Source: a virus. Taken from it: a DNA stretch of 64,000 nucleotides. The notes beneath the pieces were generated by a model. It had not been told where the DNA came from. It saw nothing but the letters and a program-made list of their open reading frames with translations, and searched no databases. Positions 56,740-64,000 of the stretch are shown here, in pieces. The stretch lies in IMG/VR virus record IMGVR_UViG_3300034063_001922, positions 12,045 to 76,044 of that record. One strand, written 5' to 3'. Each line of letters opens with the position of its first letter. Position 1 is the stretch's first letter. The position numbers were made by a program, and so were the translations under genes.

Positions 56740-59700
56740 GCGTCGGTCAACTCCAGGCGGATCGTGGCGGTCTGAGCGCTGAGGCCAGCCCGGGTGAGGC
56801 GAGCGATCCAGCCCTCGCCGCCGTCATCCCAGCGCAAGGGAGGCTCGTAGCGGAGCTGATAGGTGATATCGAGTGACTTCTCACCGCCGCGGCGCCACTG
56901 GCCCTCGATGAAGCCCCGCAGATGGCTGGCCTCCTCGGGGGTGCCGTTGAAATCGAAGCTCCATTCGGCGCTGCCGTCGCCGCTGCTCCAGCCTCCCTCC
57001 ATCATTTCGACGCGCACCGTGGCGCCAGGCTCGGCCTTGAGCAGGGCCATCGGCAGGAAGCCATCACCACTGTTCATCCTCCAGGTGAGGCTCTTGATGG
57101 CCTTGCCCGAGCTGCTCACCTGCTGGGCCAGCTGAGTGAGGGCTGTCTTCACGTTGTCGGTGCGCTCGATCACCCCAGGGCCAGGGGGTGGTGCAACGCC
57201 CGCTCCGCCGCCTCTGCCGGGGCTGGTGGAGCCAAATCCCACCTGAACAGCGCTGCCCGTCTCTCCTCCTCCAGCCACCGGCGTTGTCCCACCGTCACCG
57301 CCAAGGACGGTTGGCTGATCCACGCCAGTTTCGCCAGCTGGAGCTGAGGTTTTCGGAGGCCAGACGCTCAACTCAAGCGCCTTCTCCATCGTGTAGATCT
57401 TGCCGTCCTCACTGATCGAGAGCGTTCCCGGCGGCAGGCCCTGGCCTTCGAGGCGATCACCCTCCTTGTAGACGAACAGTCCCTGATCCAGGCCCATGCG
57501 CAAGCACTTCTTGAGCACCTCATCCCCCAGCAGGATCGGCAGGGCTGGATCGCGGTAGTACTCGTTGCGCAGATCCCGCGTGCTCATCACCCCCATGCGC
57601 TTCAGGGGTGTCTTGTCGGCCATGTAGTTCGGGGCCGGCGGTGCATCTTCTGCCAACACCAGTTCCCGGGCTTCCCGCAACACCCGCTCCACCTGCTTCT
57701 GGCCCACCCCAGGCTCACTGCTGGCACTGGTGACCGTGATGGCGGCATGGGTGAGGGGCACCTCGGGCCACTGACCCCGCTCGGGATAGAACACGTGCCG
57801 GTAGCACTGCTGCACCGCCAGGGCGAATCCCTGCTGCGCCTGGCCGTAGCGCTCCTTCACCTGATCCTGCTGGTGCGACTGCAGGCTGGCGAACAGATCA
57901 CCCTGCTGCATCTGCTGCAGCGCCAGGTAGGTGCGGGCCTTGCGCAGCATGTCGTCCACCTGCAGGGCATCGGCGCAGACGAACACCAGGTTGTTGCGGT
58001 TAAGGCGCACATTGGCGTTGTCGCCCTTCTCCTTGAACAGCCGCACCACCAGTTCCGGCAGGTGGATGTTCGCCTGCTCCACGGTGTGGCCTTCCCAGTG
58101 GATTACCGCCAGGTAGGGGCCGTCGGTGTCGTCAGGGATGTCAGCCGGGCTGGAGGGGAACAGCACAGGCTCCAGCCGTTGCTTGGCAAAGATCGTGCCG
58201 ATGCGGCGGTTCAGCTCCTCTCGCACTGACTCCAGATCAAACAGCTGCTCACGCTTCCTCACCATCTGGTTGAGGTTGGCGTCGGTGAGAAAACGCAGCT
58301 TGCTGGTGCCGCTGTCGTCGAGATATTCCGACTCTTCCTGCAGGAGGCGCACCGCCTTGTCGACAAAGGCCGGGTCCACAGCCGGGGCGTAGAGGCTGTA
58401 GTTCAACTCCAGGCGGCTGAGGCCCTTGAGCGGTTCGTTGAATGCCAGGGAGTGGAATAGGACCGTGCGCGCTGCCATCGACCCATAGGGCTCCATTCCC
58501 GTGAATTCCTGTGCATCCAGCCGCTGGGCTAGGGCCCTGCCGCCTTCGGCCGGCGTGGTGGACACATCCGCCCGAATCGCCGGGATGAAGGCCTGCAACC
58601 CCAGCTTGGTGGAGAGCTCCAATCGAATCCGCTCGTTGCCCGGATCGATGTGGTGGAGGTGAACGGCTGTGACGCCCCGTGGTTGCTCACGCCAGAGCTG
58701 GCCTACGGTCTGCGCCAGCAGCCGCAACATGCCCCGCACCCGCTGGAAGTTTTCCAGGGTGGAGGTCTTCTGCATCAGGGTTTCGATCAGCTCCGGATGG
58801 AGCGGATAGCCCTTGCGCAAGTTGGCAGTCCGGTCATCGCTCTGCCCCACCGGCGGCAGGGCCTCGGTGGTGCGGCTCCAGATCTCCTGGTAGGAACGCA
58901 CGACCTCCTCGACTCGGCTGCGATCGATCGACTCGAACAGGCGCCGGGTCAGCACCTGCACTGTCTCGTCTTCGCTGGTGGGCGTGAGAGCTGTGATCTG
59001 CCGGCCCGTGACCGACTGCAGTTCAGCAAAGATCCTGTCGATCCTCTGGTTTTCCTCCCCGTAGGCATCCACCGCCTGGCCACCCTTGCCCAGGGCCAGG
59101 GTGAACACCAGCACGGCCTGGGGAGAGGAGTTCACCGCCTTGATCAGGTCGGTGAGGAACGGCGTGAGCTGCTCGGCGGCTTGGCCGGCAGCGGGGCCCT
59201 TGATCTTGCGCAGGTAGATCGAGAGCTCATCGATCAGGATCAGCACCGGCCGCTCGCCGATCAGCTCGCGCAGGGTTTCGGCGCCGGGAGGCGCGGCACC
59301 AAGACGGTCGCTGTTGCGGATGCGCTCGTAGCCCGCGGGCCCTGCCAGCTGCACCGCCAGCTCACCCCAGGGGGTGAAGGCCAGCACATTGCCCTCCATG
59401 CGCCGGCCGTTCATCGGGTCGGCGTTCTCGCCGTCGAAGGCCGCCACCGTGACCTTCTGGCTGGGCAGGCGGGCTGGATCGATGAACTCCGCCAGATTGG
59501 GGATCTGATCGGCGGCCGTCAGGATGTGGTTGAGCCCGATCAGCGCGTGGGTCTTGCCGCCGCCATAGCTGGTATCGAGCCGCAGGATGCTGCCCAGCTG
59601 GCTGCCGGAGCTGGTGAGCCGGTCCACCACCGCCAGGAACAGGTCGCGCAGACCCCTGGTGGGGTGGGTGTTCGCGAAGAAGACAGCCGGGTTCTTGTAG

Positions 59701-59822
59701 AGCTCAGGAGCGGTGCCCTTGAGCACCTGGCTGAGGTCGGCTGCAAAGTCTTCATCCCGGATACGCCCTTCCAGCACGTCGGCCCGAGGCCGGCAGAGCT
59801 CGTAAATGGTGGGAGGGCTCAT
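56736..59822 (-). CDS. DUF499 AAA+ ATPase
   Basis: FFANTHPT, YGGGKTH, LIDEL, YPLHPEL, FQRVRGMLRLL. Confidence 0.9.
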   Translation of the reverse strand: MSPPTIYELCRPRADVLEGRIRDEDFAADLSQVLKGTAPELYKNPAVFFANTHPTRGLRDLFLAVVDRLTSSGSQLGSILRLDTSYGGGKTHALIGLNHILTAADQIPNLAEFIDPARLPSQKVTVAAFDGENADPMNGRRMEGNVLAFTPWGELAVQLAGPAGYERIRNSDRLGAAPPGAETLRELIGERPVLILIDELSIYLRKIKGPAAGQAAEQLTPFLTDLIKAVNSSPQAVLVFTLALGKGGQAVDAYGEENQRIDRIFAELQSVTGRQITALTPTSEDETVQVLTRRLFESIDRSRVEEVVRSYQEIWSRTTEALPPVGQSDDRTANLRKGYPLHPELIETLMQKTSTLENFQRVRGMLRLLAQTVGQLWREQPRGVTAVHLHHIDPGNERIRLELSTKLGLQAFIPAIRADVSTTPAEGGRALAQRLDAQEFTGMEPYGSMAARTVLFHSLAFNEPLKGLSRLELNYSLYAPAVDPAFVDKAVRLLQEESEYLDDSGTSKLRFLTDANLNQMVRKREQLFDLESVREELNRRIGTIFAKQRLEPVLFPSSPADIPDDTDGPYLAVIHWEGHTVEQANIHLPELVVRLFKEKGDNANVRLNRNNLVFVCADALQVDDMLRKARTYLALQQMQQGDLFASLQSHQQDQVKERYGQAQQGFALAVQQCYRHVFYPERGQWPEVPLTHAAITVTSASSEPGVGQKQVERVLREARELVLAEDAPPAPNYMADKTPLKRMGVMSTRDLRNEYYRDPALPILLGDEVLKKCLRMGLDQGLFVYKEGDRLEGQGLPPGTLSISEDGKIYTMEKALELSVWPPKTSAPAGETGVDQPTVLGGDGGTTPVAGGGETGSAVQVGFGSTSPGRGGGAGVAPPPGPGVIERTDNVKTALTQLAQQVSSSGKAIKSLTWRMNSGDGFLPMALLKAEPGATVRVEMMEGGWSSGDGSAEWSFDFNGTPEEASHLRGFIEGQWRRGGEKSLDITYQLRYEPPLRWDDGGEGWIARLTRAGLSAQTATIRLELTDA

Positions 59823-60168
59823 GGAAACGGCGGAACCGCCCTGGCGAGCCGAGATGCTCGAGGGTGTCGAGCACCATCTTGACTGTTGGACGGACCCAGG
59901 TCATCACCAAACCTTCAAGCCGAGACGAGCCGTTAAATCGAAGGCAAAAACTATGCAGCTGTTGCATAGAAACGCCCTTGAGGCCTTGCCTCAGTCGTGA
60001 CGGGCTTGGTCCTGTTGGTTTCGCTTCACTTATCAGCTTGATGTCGTGAGTTGCGATGGCCATTTATCTCTTGATCCAGGTTCAGGTTCGCTCTCATCGC
60101 TGCCTGAAGCCTGAGAAAAGCCCGGTGGCAAGGGCCGCCGGGCAGGGCAGTGCTCTCGGGCTGGTGCA

Positions 60169-60408
60169 TCAGAGCACCAGCACCCGGGCCTGGGGCCCGA
60201 GCACCCGCTGCTGATTGGCAGCCAAGATGAGGGCCTCGCAGCGGGGCACGAAGTGGGGCTGGGCGGAGATGTGCCCCTCGCGATCGAGGAAGAGCACCCG
60301 CAGCAGCTGGCCGGCTGAGCCCAGCAGATGGACTGAAACCACGCGGATCGGGCACTGGCGCTCGATCGGCCCGCGGCTTGGCTGAGCGGGGAAGAGAGGG
60401 CGAGCCAT
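60169..60408 (-). CDS. Small hypothetical protein
   Basis: Distantly similar to 31277-31489; preceded by hairpin D. Confidence 0.6.
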   Translation of the reverse strand: MARPLFPAQPSRGPIERQCPIRVVSVHLLGSAGQLLRVLFLDREGHISAQPHFVPRCEALILAANQQRVLGPQARVLVL

Positions 60409-60416
60409 GGCAGGGA

Positions 60417-60546
60417 TGGCGAACGACACCACCGCTGCGCCCCGGTGAAGCCAGCTCCGCGCAAGGGTCGTGGAACGCAGTGGAGCGACTCGCGTCAGCC
60501 CTTGCGCGGTGCGCGAGCCGGGGCAGGCCGGGTGGCGTGATCGCCA
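60417..60546. promoter_or_regulatory. Long imperfect hairpin D
   Basis: TGGCGA/TCGCCA, GCCCCGG/CCGGGGC, CCGCGCAAGGG/CCCTTGCGCGG; loop GGAACGCAGTGGAG. Confidence 0.65.
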
Positions 60547-60575
60547 GCCCCCAGGGCTCAGCCGGATCTGAGGGC

Positions 60576-60857
60576 TCAGTAGTCCTCGGGGAACAGCACG
60601 GTGGTGATGGGCCAATCGCCTTCGCCGCGGAGGTCTTCCGTGATCACCCAGATGGTGCCGTGCTCTGGTGTGTCGTAGCTGGAGAAGAGGCGGCCTTCCG
60701 CATGGGTGTGGTCCGAATCGTTGGAGGCTCTGTCCTCCGCATCGAGATCGCCCCAGTCGCGGGCAGCATGACGATCGAGCAGGCCGACGATCACCACATG
60801 GGGAACGGCAGCTGCGACAGCGGCAGTGGCCACGATTCGTCCGAGGGAGTGACGCAT
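60576..60857 (-). CDS. Small plasmid/ICE-type conserved protein
   Basis: LGRIVAT..RH..DWGD..ED..N..SSY..IWVITE..TTVLFPEDY family motif. Confidence 0.75.
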   Translation of the reverse strand: MRHSLGRIVATAAVAAAVPHVVIVGLLDRHAARDWGDLDAEDRASNDSDHTHAEGRLFSSYDTPEHGTIWVITEDLRGEGDWPITTVLFPEDY

Positions 60858-60916
60858 GGGAAGAGGAGGGGCCGCAGGGACGGTCCTGCAGCCCAAGTGA
60901 GTGGAGTCTGATCGGC

Positions 60917-61720
60917 TCAGCCGGGCTGGGCGTCCGGCTGGCTGGAAGCCGGGGCTTGGTGCTGCACCAGAAAGGCTTCGATCCAGTCGTGATGGCGCTT
61001 CTGCAGGATCCGATCCGCGATGGAAGTGGCCTCCTCCGGCACCTGGAACCGCTTGCGGAACGCCTTGGTGAAGCCCTCCAGCACCGGCCGGGGCAGACCG
61101 CGCAGGGTGCCGAGGACCTGGCGGATGACGGCCGGGTCGAGCGGCGTGAGGCCGGGGTCGTCGCTGACGCTTGGCGCTGCGGACGAAGGGCTGCGATGGA
61201 TCAATCGGGTGCCGTTGCTGGCGCTGGTAGGCAGAGGAGCGCTGTTCTCTCCTGCCGCGTGAGTCACCTCCCGCTGCTGCTTGTCGTACAGGGCCAGGCC
61301 GAAGGGATTCCCGAAAGTCATCAGGGCACGCTTCATGGCGTCGGTTTCGGCCTCCTTGAGGGCGGATTCGTGAGCCTGGCCCAGGTCGGCATCGATGCCA
61401 TGACCGGCGCCGCTGCCCTCACGGATCAGTGGAGCCCCACCAGGAACCGACACCGTGACCCGCACCCTGGCGATGTAGGTCACCCCCCAGCCAGGACGGT
61501 TGTCCCTGCCGATGGGGCGCTCGGACTGGTTCACGCATCGAACCTGGATGGTTTCCCGCTGCCAGCCATCGAACCCGAAGATCCGATTGGCTTCTGCGAT
61601 CACCAGCCAACCCTCCAGGTAGCTGACCTTGGAGCGGCCCTGCTCGCGCTGGCGCACCTTGGCGCGATCGAGGGGGGCGGAGAGGCAGGCGATCTGTTCG
61701 GTGGAGAAGGTGCACGTCAT
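60917..61720 (-). CDS. Rad52/Rad22 (Sak-like) ssDNA-annealing protein
   Basis: SYLEGWLVIAEANRIFGFDGW..REGSGAG..KEAETDAMKRALMTFGNPFGLALY. Confidence 0.92.
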   Translation of the reverse strand: MTCTFSTEQIACLSAPLDRAKVRQREQGRSKVSYLEGWLVIAEANRIFGFDGWQRETIQVRCVNQSERPIGRDNRPGWGVTYIARVRVTVSVPGGAPLIREGSGAGHGIDADLGQAHESALKEAETDAMKRALMTFGNPFGLALYDKQQREVTHAAGENSAPLPTSASNGTRLIHRSPSSAAPSVSDDPGLTPLDPAVIRQVLGTLRGLPRPVLEGFTKAFRKRFQVPEEATSIADRILQKRHHDWIEAFLVQHQAPASSQPDAQPG

Positions 61721-61755
61721 GGCATCGAGGGGGTGAGTGGGATCTGGGATCGAAA

Positions 61756-61968
61756 TCAGTGGGCGGAGCTTTGAGGCGGCAGCGGCTCGATCAGCACCCA
61801 GCAGGGCGGCTCGCTGCAGTGGATGTGATCGGGTGAAGGTCGGCGGCCCGGCTTGCGGGTGATCGGCACAACCCAGCTGGCGAGCCGTGTGGACCAGATG
61901 TGGCCCCTGGGCCTCGGTGTCGTGGGTGTCGTGGTGGCCGTGGCGCTGGCGTAGGTGGAGAGATCCAT
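61756..61968 (-). CDS. Small hypothetical protein
   Basis: 70-aa ORF between the Gp157 and Rad52 genes. Confidence 0.4.
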   Translation of the reverse strand: MDLSTYASATATTTPTTPRPRGHIWSTRLASWVVPITRKPGRRPSPDHIHCSEPPCWVLIEPLPPQSSAH

Positions 61969-62044
61969 GGCTGTTGCTCAAGGTGATGGGATTGGGGTCA
62001 GGGCCCGCACGCGCAGCGGGCCGGTATCAGGGGCCTCTGGCCTT

Positions 62045-62662
62045 TCAACTGATGCGCCAGGAGCGGCGTGAGAGCAGCTGGGCGCCTTCGATGTGGCGGC
62101 CAGCCTTGAGGGCTTCCTTGATGGCTGCCTTGTCGGGCTTGCTGGTGGTGGTGACGGCCAACCACTCGGGAGCGAGGGCCTCTTCGTCGTAGATCTCGAC
62201 GGCCTGGGATTTGCGGCTGCTGAGCTCGTGATTGGGGAAGGAGAAACGGGTGGCGCTGGGCTGCAGGCGAGTAAGCACCAGCACCAGCGATTCCTCAAGG
62301 GCATCGGCCCGGGAGGCATCGGAGCGGGAAAGCTCGGTGAGCCGCTTGGCCTGCTGCTGGCGGTAGGCGGCTTGGCCTCGGAGGTGCTCGATCACCCAGC
62401 AGGTGGCATCGGCCTTGGCAGCCAGGGCGGTTTTGTTGTGTTCTTCGGCAAGGAGGGCAGCCTCCAGCTCGGCGAGGGCCTGGGCGCGGGTGTCGTCGTC
62501 GGCTTCCAGTTGTTCGGCCAGCTGGCCGATGGTGGTGGTGAGTTCCTGGGCCTCGATGCCCAGCTGCCACAGGGAACCGGAACGATGGAGGGAGCAGGAC
62601 GGCCCGGTGGCCTGGGGGAGAGCCGGGGAGAGGGGAGCGACGCGGGCAGTGAGAACGGCCAT
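62045..62662 (-). CDS. Siphovirus Gp157 family protein
   Basis: Coiled coil, then RKSQAVEI.DE..PDKAAIKEALKAG..IEGAQL. Confidence 0.85.
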   Translation of the reverse strand: MAVLTARVAPLSPALPQATGPSCSLHRSGSLWQLGIEAQELTTTIGQLAEQLEADDDTRAQALAELEAALLAEEHNKTALAAKADATCWVIEHLRGQAAYRQQQAKRLTELSRSDASRADALEESLVLVLTRLQPSATRFSFPNHELSSRKSQAVEIYDEEALAPEWLAVTTTSKPDKAAIKEALKAGRHIEGAQLLSRRSWRIS

Positions 62663-62713
62663 GGGGATGGGAATGTGAGGAGTGAACGAGAAGAACGGGG
62701 CGGCGGAGGCCGC

Positions 62714-63235
62714 TCAAGCGGCGAGGGGCTCCGGTGCGAACGGCGGCGGCACTTCCATCACCACCACCGGCACCGGTGAGCGGGAGGAGCAACGGCGGGC
62801 CTGCAGCACCAGAGAGGCCGTGCCGGGGCCACCGGGAAAGGCGATCACCAGCACCGAGGTACTGAGAGCCGGGGACGTGTGGGCCTGGGCTTCCGCCAGG
62901 GCCTGCTCGAGGAGGCGCCGATTGCGGATCGGCCCGGCGCTTCGGCCATAGCGACCCCACTCGGCGGGAAGGGACTGGACCCGCCAGCCGAGCTGCTGGG
63001 CAGCACGGCCGATGGCCTGATCGGCGCCACGGGCAGCGCCATGGAGCAACAGATGGACGGCCCGGCCGCCGCTTCGCTGGAGGAGGGCGGAGGCGATGCG
63101 CTCCTGGGGCCAGGAGAGATCACGGCCACCGGCGGCGACGATGACGACAGAGCGATGAACAACAACCGGCGGCGGCAACAGGCCAGCCAGAGGCAATGCA
63201 GCGGCGTGGGCCACTGCAGCAGAGGACAAGCTCAT
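62714..63235 (-). CDS. SLOG family (DUF2493/YspA-like) protein
   Basis: AGGRD..LHGAARGAD..AEWGRYGRSAGPIRN..AFPGGPGT. Confidence 0.85.
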   Translation of the reverse strand: MSLSSAAVAHAAALPLAGLLPPPVVVHRSVVIVAAGGRDLSWPQERIASALLQRSGGRAVHLLLHGAARGADQAIGRAAQQLGWRVQSLPAEWGRYGRSAGPIRNRRLLEQALAEAQAHTSPALSTSVLVIAFPGGPGTASLVLQARRCSSRSPVPVVVMEVPPPFAPEPLAA

Positions 63236-63572
63236 GGGCTACAGAGCAAACGAACGGGGCAAGTTGTCCGAGGATTTCGTTGCCGCAGGCGATGGGCTCG
63301 TGGCCTTTGGCGCGACTCTTATTCTAGCAGTACAAACGCACTATTGAGCGAGCAGGGCGGCTGCGGGGCAATCGATCTGCCCAAAACGCAGCCACCCCTG
63401 ACGGGCCAAGCAGCTTGATAACCAATGCAGCCAGATTCGCTCCGAATCGACCGGCGCCGCGCAGTCGCGCGAGGAAAGCTGGGGCCTCTCCTCAGCACCC
63501 CGCCGGCTGGCAGCCGCCCGGCCACCGCAGCCGCGGGAGAGTGGCCCTGCCAGCCACCCCCATCAACGGCCC

Positions 63573-63688
63573 CGGAGCGGAGGGCGGCGGCGGCTGGCCG
63601 ATGCACGCCACGGCGCAGCCGTGGCACGCTGAAGGACGGCCGTCGCCGACCGAAGCCCTGCGGTGCCTGCAAACCCGCAGCCGCTCCG
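63573..63688. other. Branched hairpin E with perfect GCCACGGC-GCA-GCCGTGGC stem-loop
   Basis: CGGAGCGG/CCGCTCCG outer stem; inner 8-bp stem at 63607-63625. Confidence 0.55.
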
Positions 63689-63702
63689 CACAGACGAAGG
63701 GA

Positions 63703-63841
63703 TGCAAGAGATGCAAGAGAAACTCGGACCTTGGGCCCTGGTCAAAACGGATGGACCTGACTCCAGCCAGCACTGACCCATGCCCACACGGGAGGAACGC
63801 GAGGCGCGAAACCCCTCTGTTCTCTTGCACTTTCTCTTGCA
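63703..63841. repeat. Putative arm-type integrase binding sites
   Basis: TGCAAGAGA x2 (63703, 63712, inverted) and TTCTCTTGCA x2 (63820, 63832). Confidence 0.75.
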
Positions 63842-63891
63842 GGCATAAAAAAATGGTTCTCGACATTGCCGAGAACCCTTGCTATCACTGA

Positions 63892-63965
63892 TCGGGGCGA
63901 CAGGATTCGAACCTGCGACCTAGTGCTCCCAAAGCACCCGCGCTACCAAGCTGCGCCACGCCCCG
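63892..63965 (-). tRNA. trnP: tRNA-Pro(UGG); its 3' 44 nt form the att core
   Basis: CGGGGCGTGGCGCAGCTTGGTAGCGCGGGTGCT-TTGGGA-GCACTAGGTCGCAGGTTCGAATCCTGTCGCCCCGA cloverleaf; CCA not encoded. Confidence 0.97.
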
Positions 63966-64000
63966 GATGCTGTTTTCAGCCCAATGAGCTTAGCCGCCGG

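Larger units (their letters stand above)
6179..63935. mobile_element. Prophage (~57.7 kb) integrated in tRNA-Pro(UGG)
   Basis: Flanking 44-bp att repeats; integrase next to att; terminase, portal, capsid and lysin genes inside. Confidence 0.93.

Noticed and set aside
6179-63935. Self-transmissible ICE or phage-plasmid
   Set aside because: No relaxase, coupling protein, T4SS or partition genes recognised despite the leading-region-like hairpins.

Overview
GC-rich DNA, probably from a picocyanobacterium (Cyanobium/Synechococcus-like; this is an inference from the SigF-type sigma factor, recurrent CGATCG/GCGATCGC and gene style). Most of the window is one apparently complete ~57.7 kb prophage (6179-63935), integrated in tRNA-Pro(UGG) and bounded by a perfect 44-bp direct repeat. 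It carries an integrase/excisionase, repressor and antirepressor, a replication module (SSB, helicase, primase-helicase, putative ori), terminase, portal, scaffold, major capsid, many fibre-like proteins and an antisense lysis cassette. I recognise no tape-measure, tail-tube or sheath gene. A ~14 kb defence island holds a kinase-kinase-phosphatase module and a DUF499/DUF3780-like/DUF1156/PLD-SNF2 system. Bases 1-6178 are the end of a second, related element integrated in tandem at the same tRNA. Most notable observations read directly from the DNA: (1) a TGGCAANAG motif upstream of late genes, paired with a SigF-like sigma factor that lacks region 4; (2) a family of 130-160 nt hairpins, mostly with GNA mini-loops, on the template strand directly upstream of small minus-strand genes, resembling single-stranded-DNA promoters of plasmid leading regions; (3) an (AGTTC)6 microsatellite abutting the methyltransferase start codon; (4) distinct arm-type integrase sites but near-identical excisionases in the two tandem elements. 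All product calls are motif recognition by eye, with no database searches.
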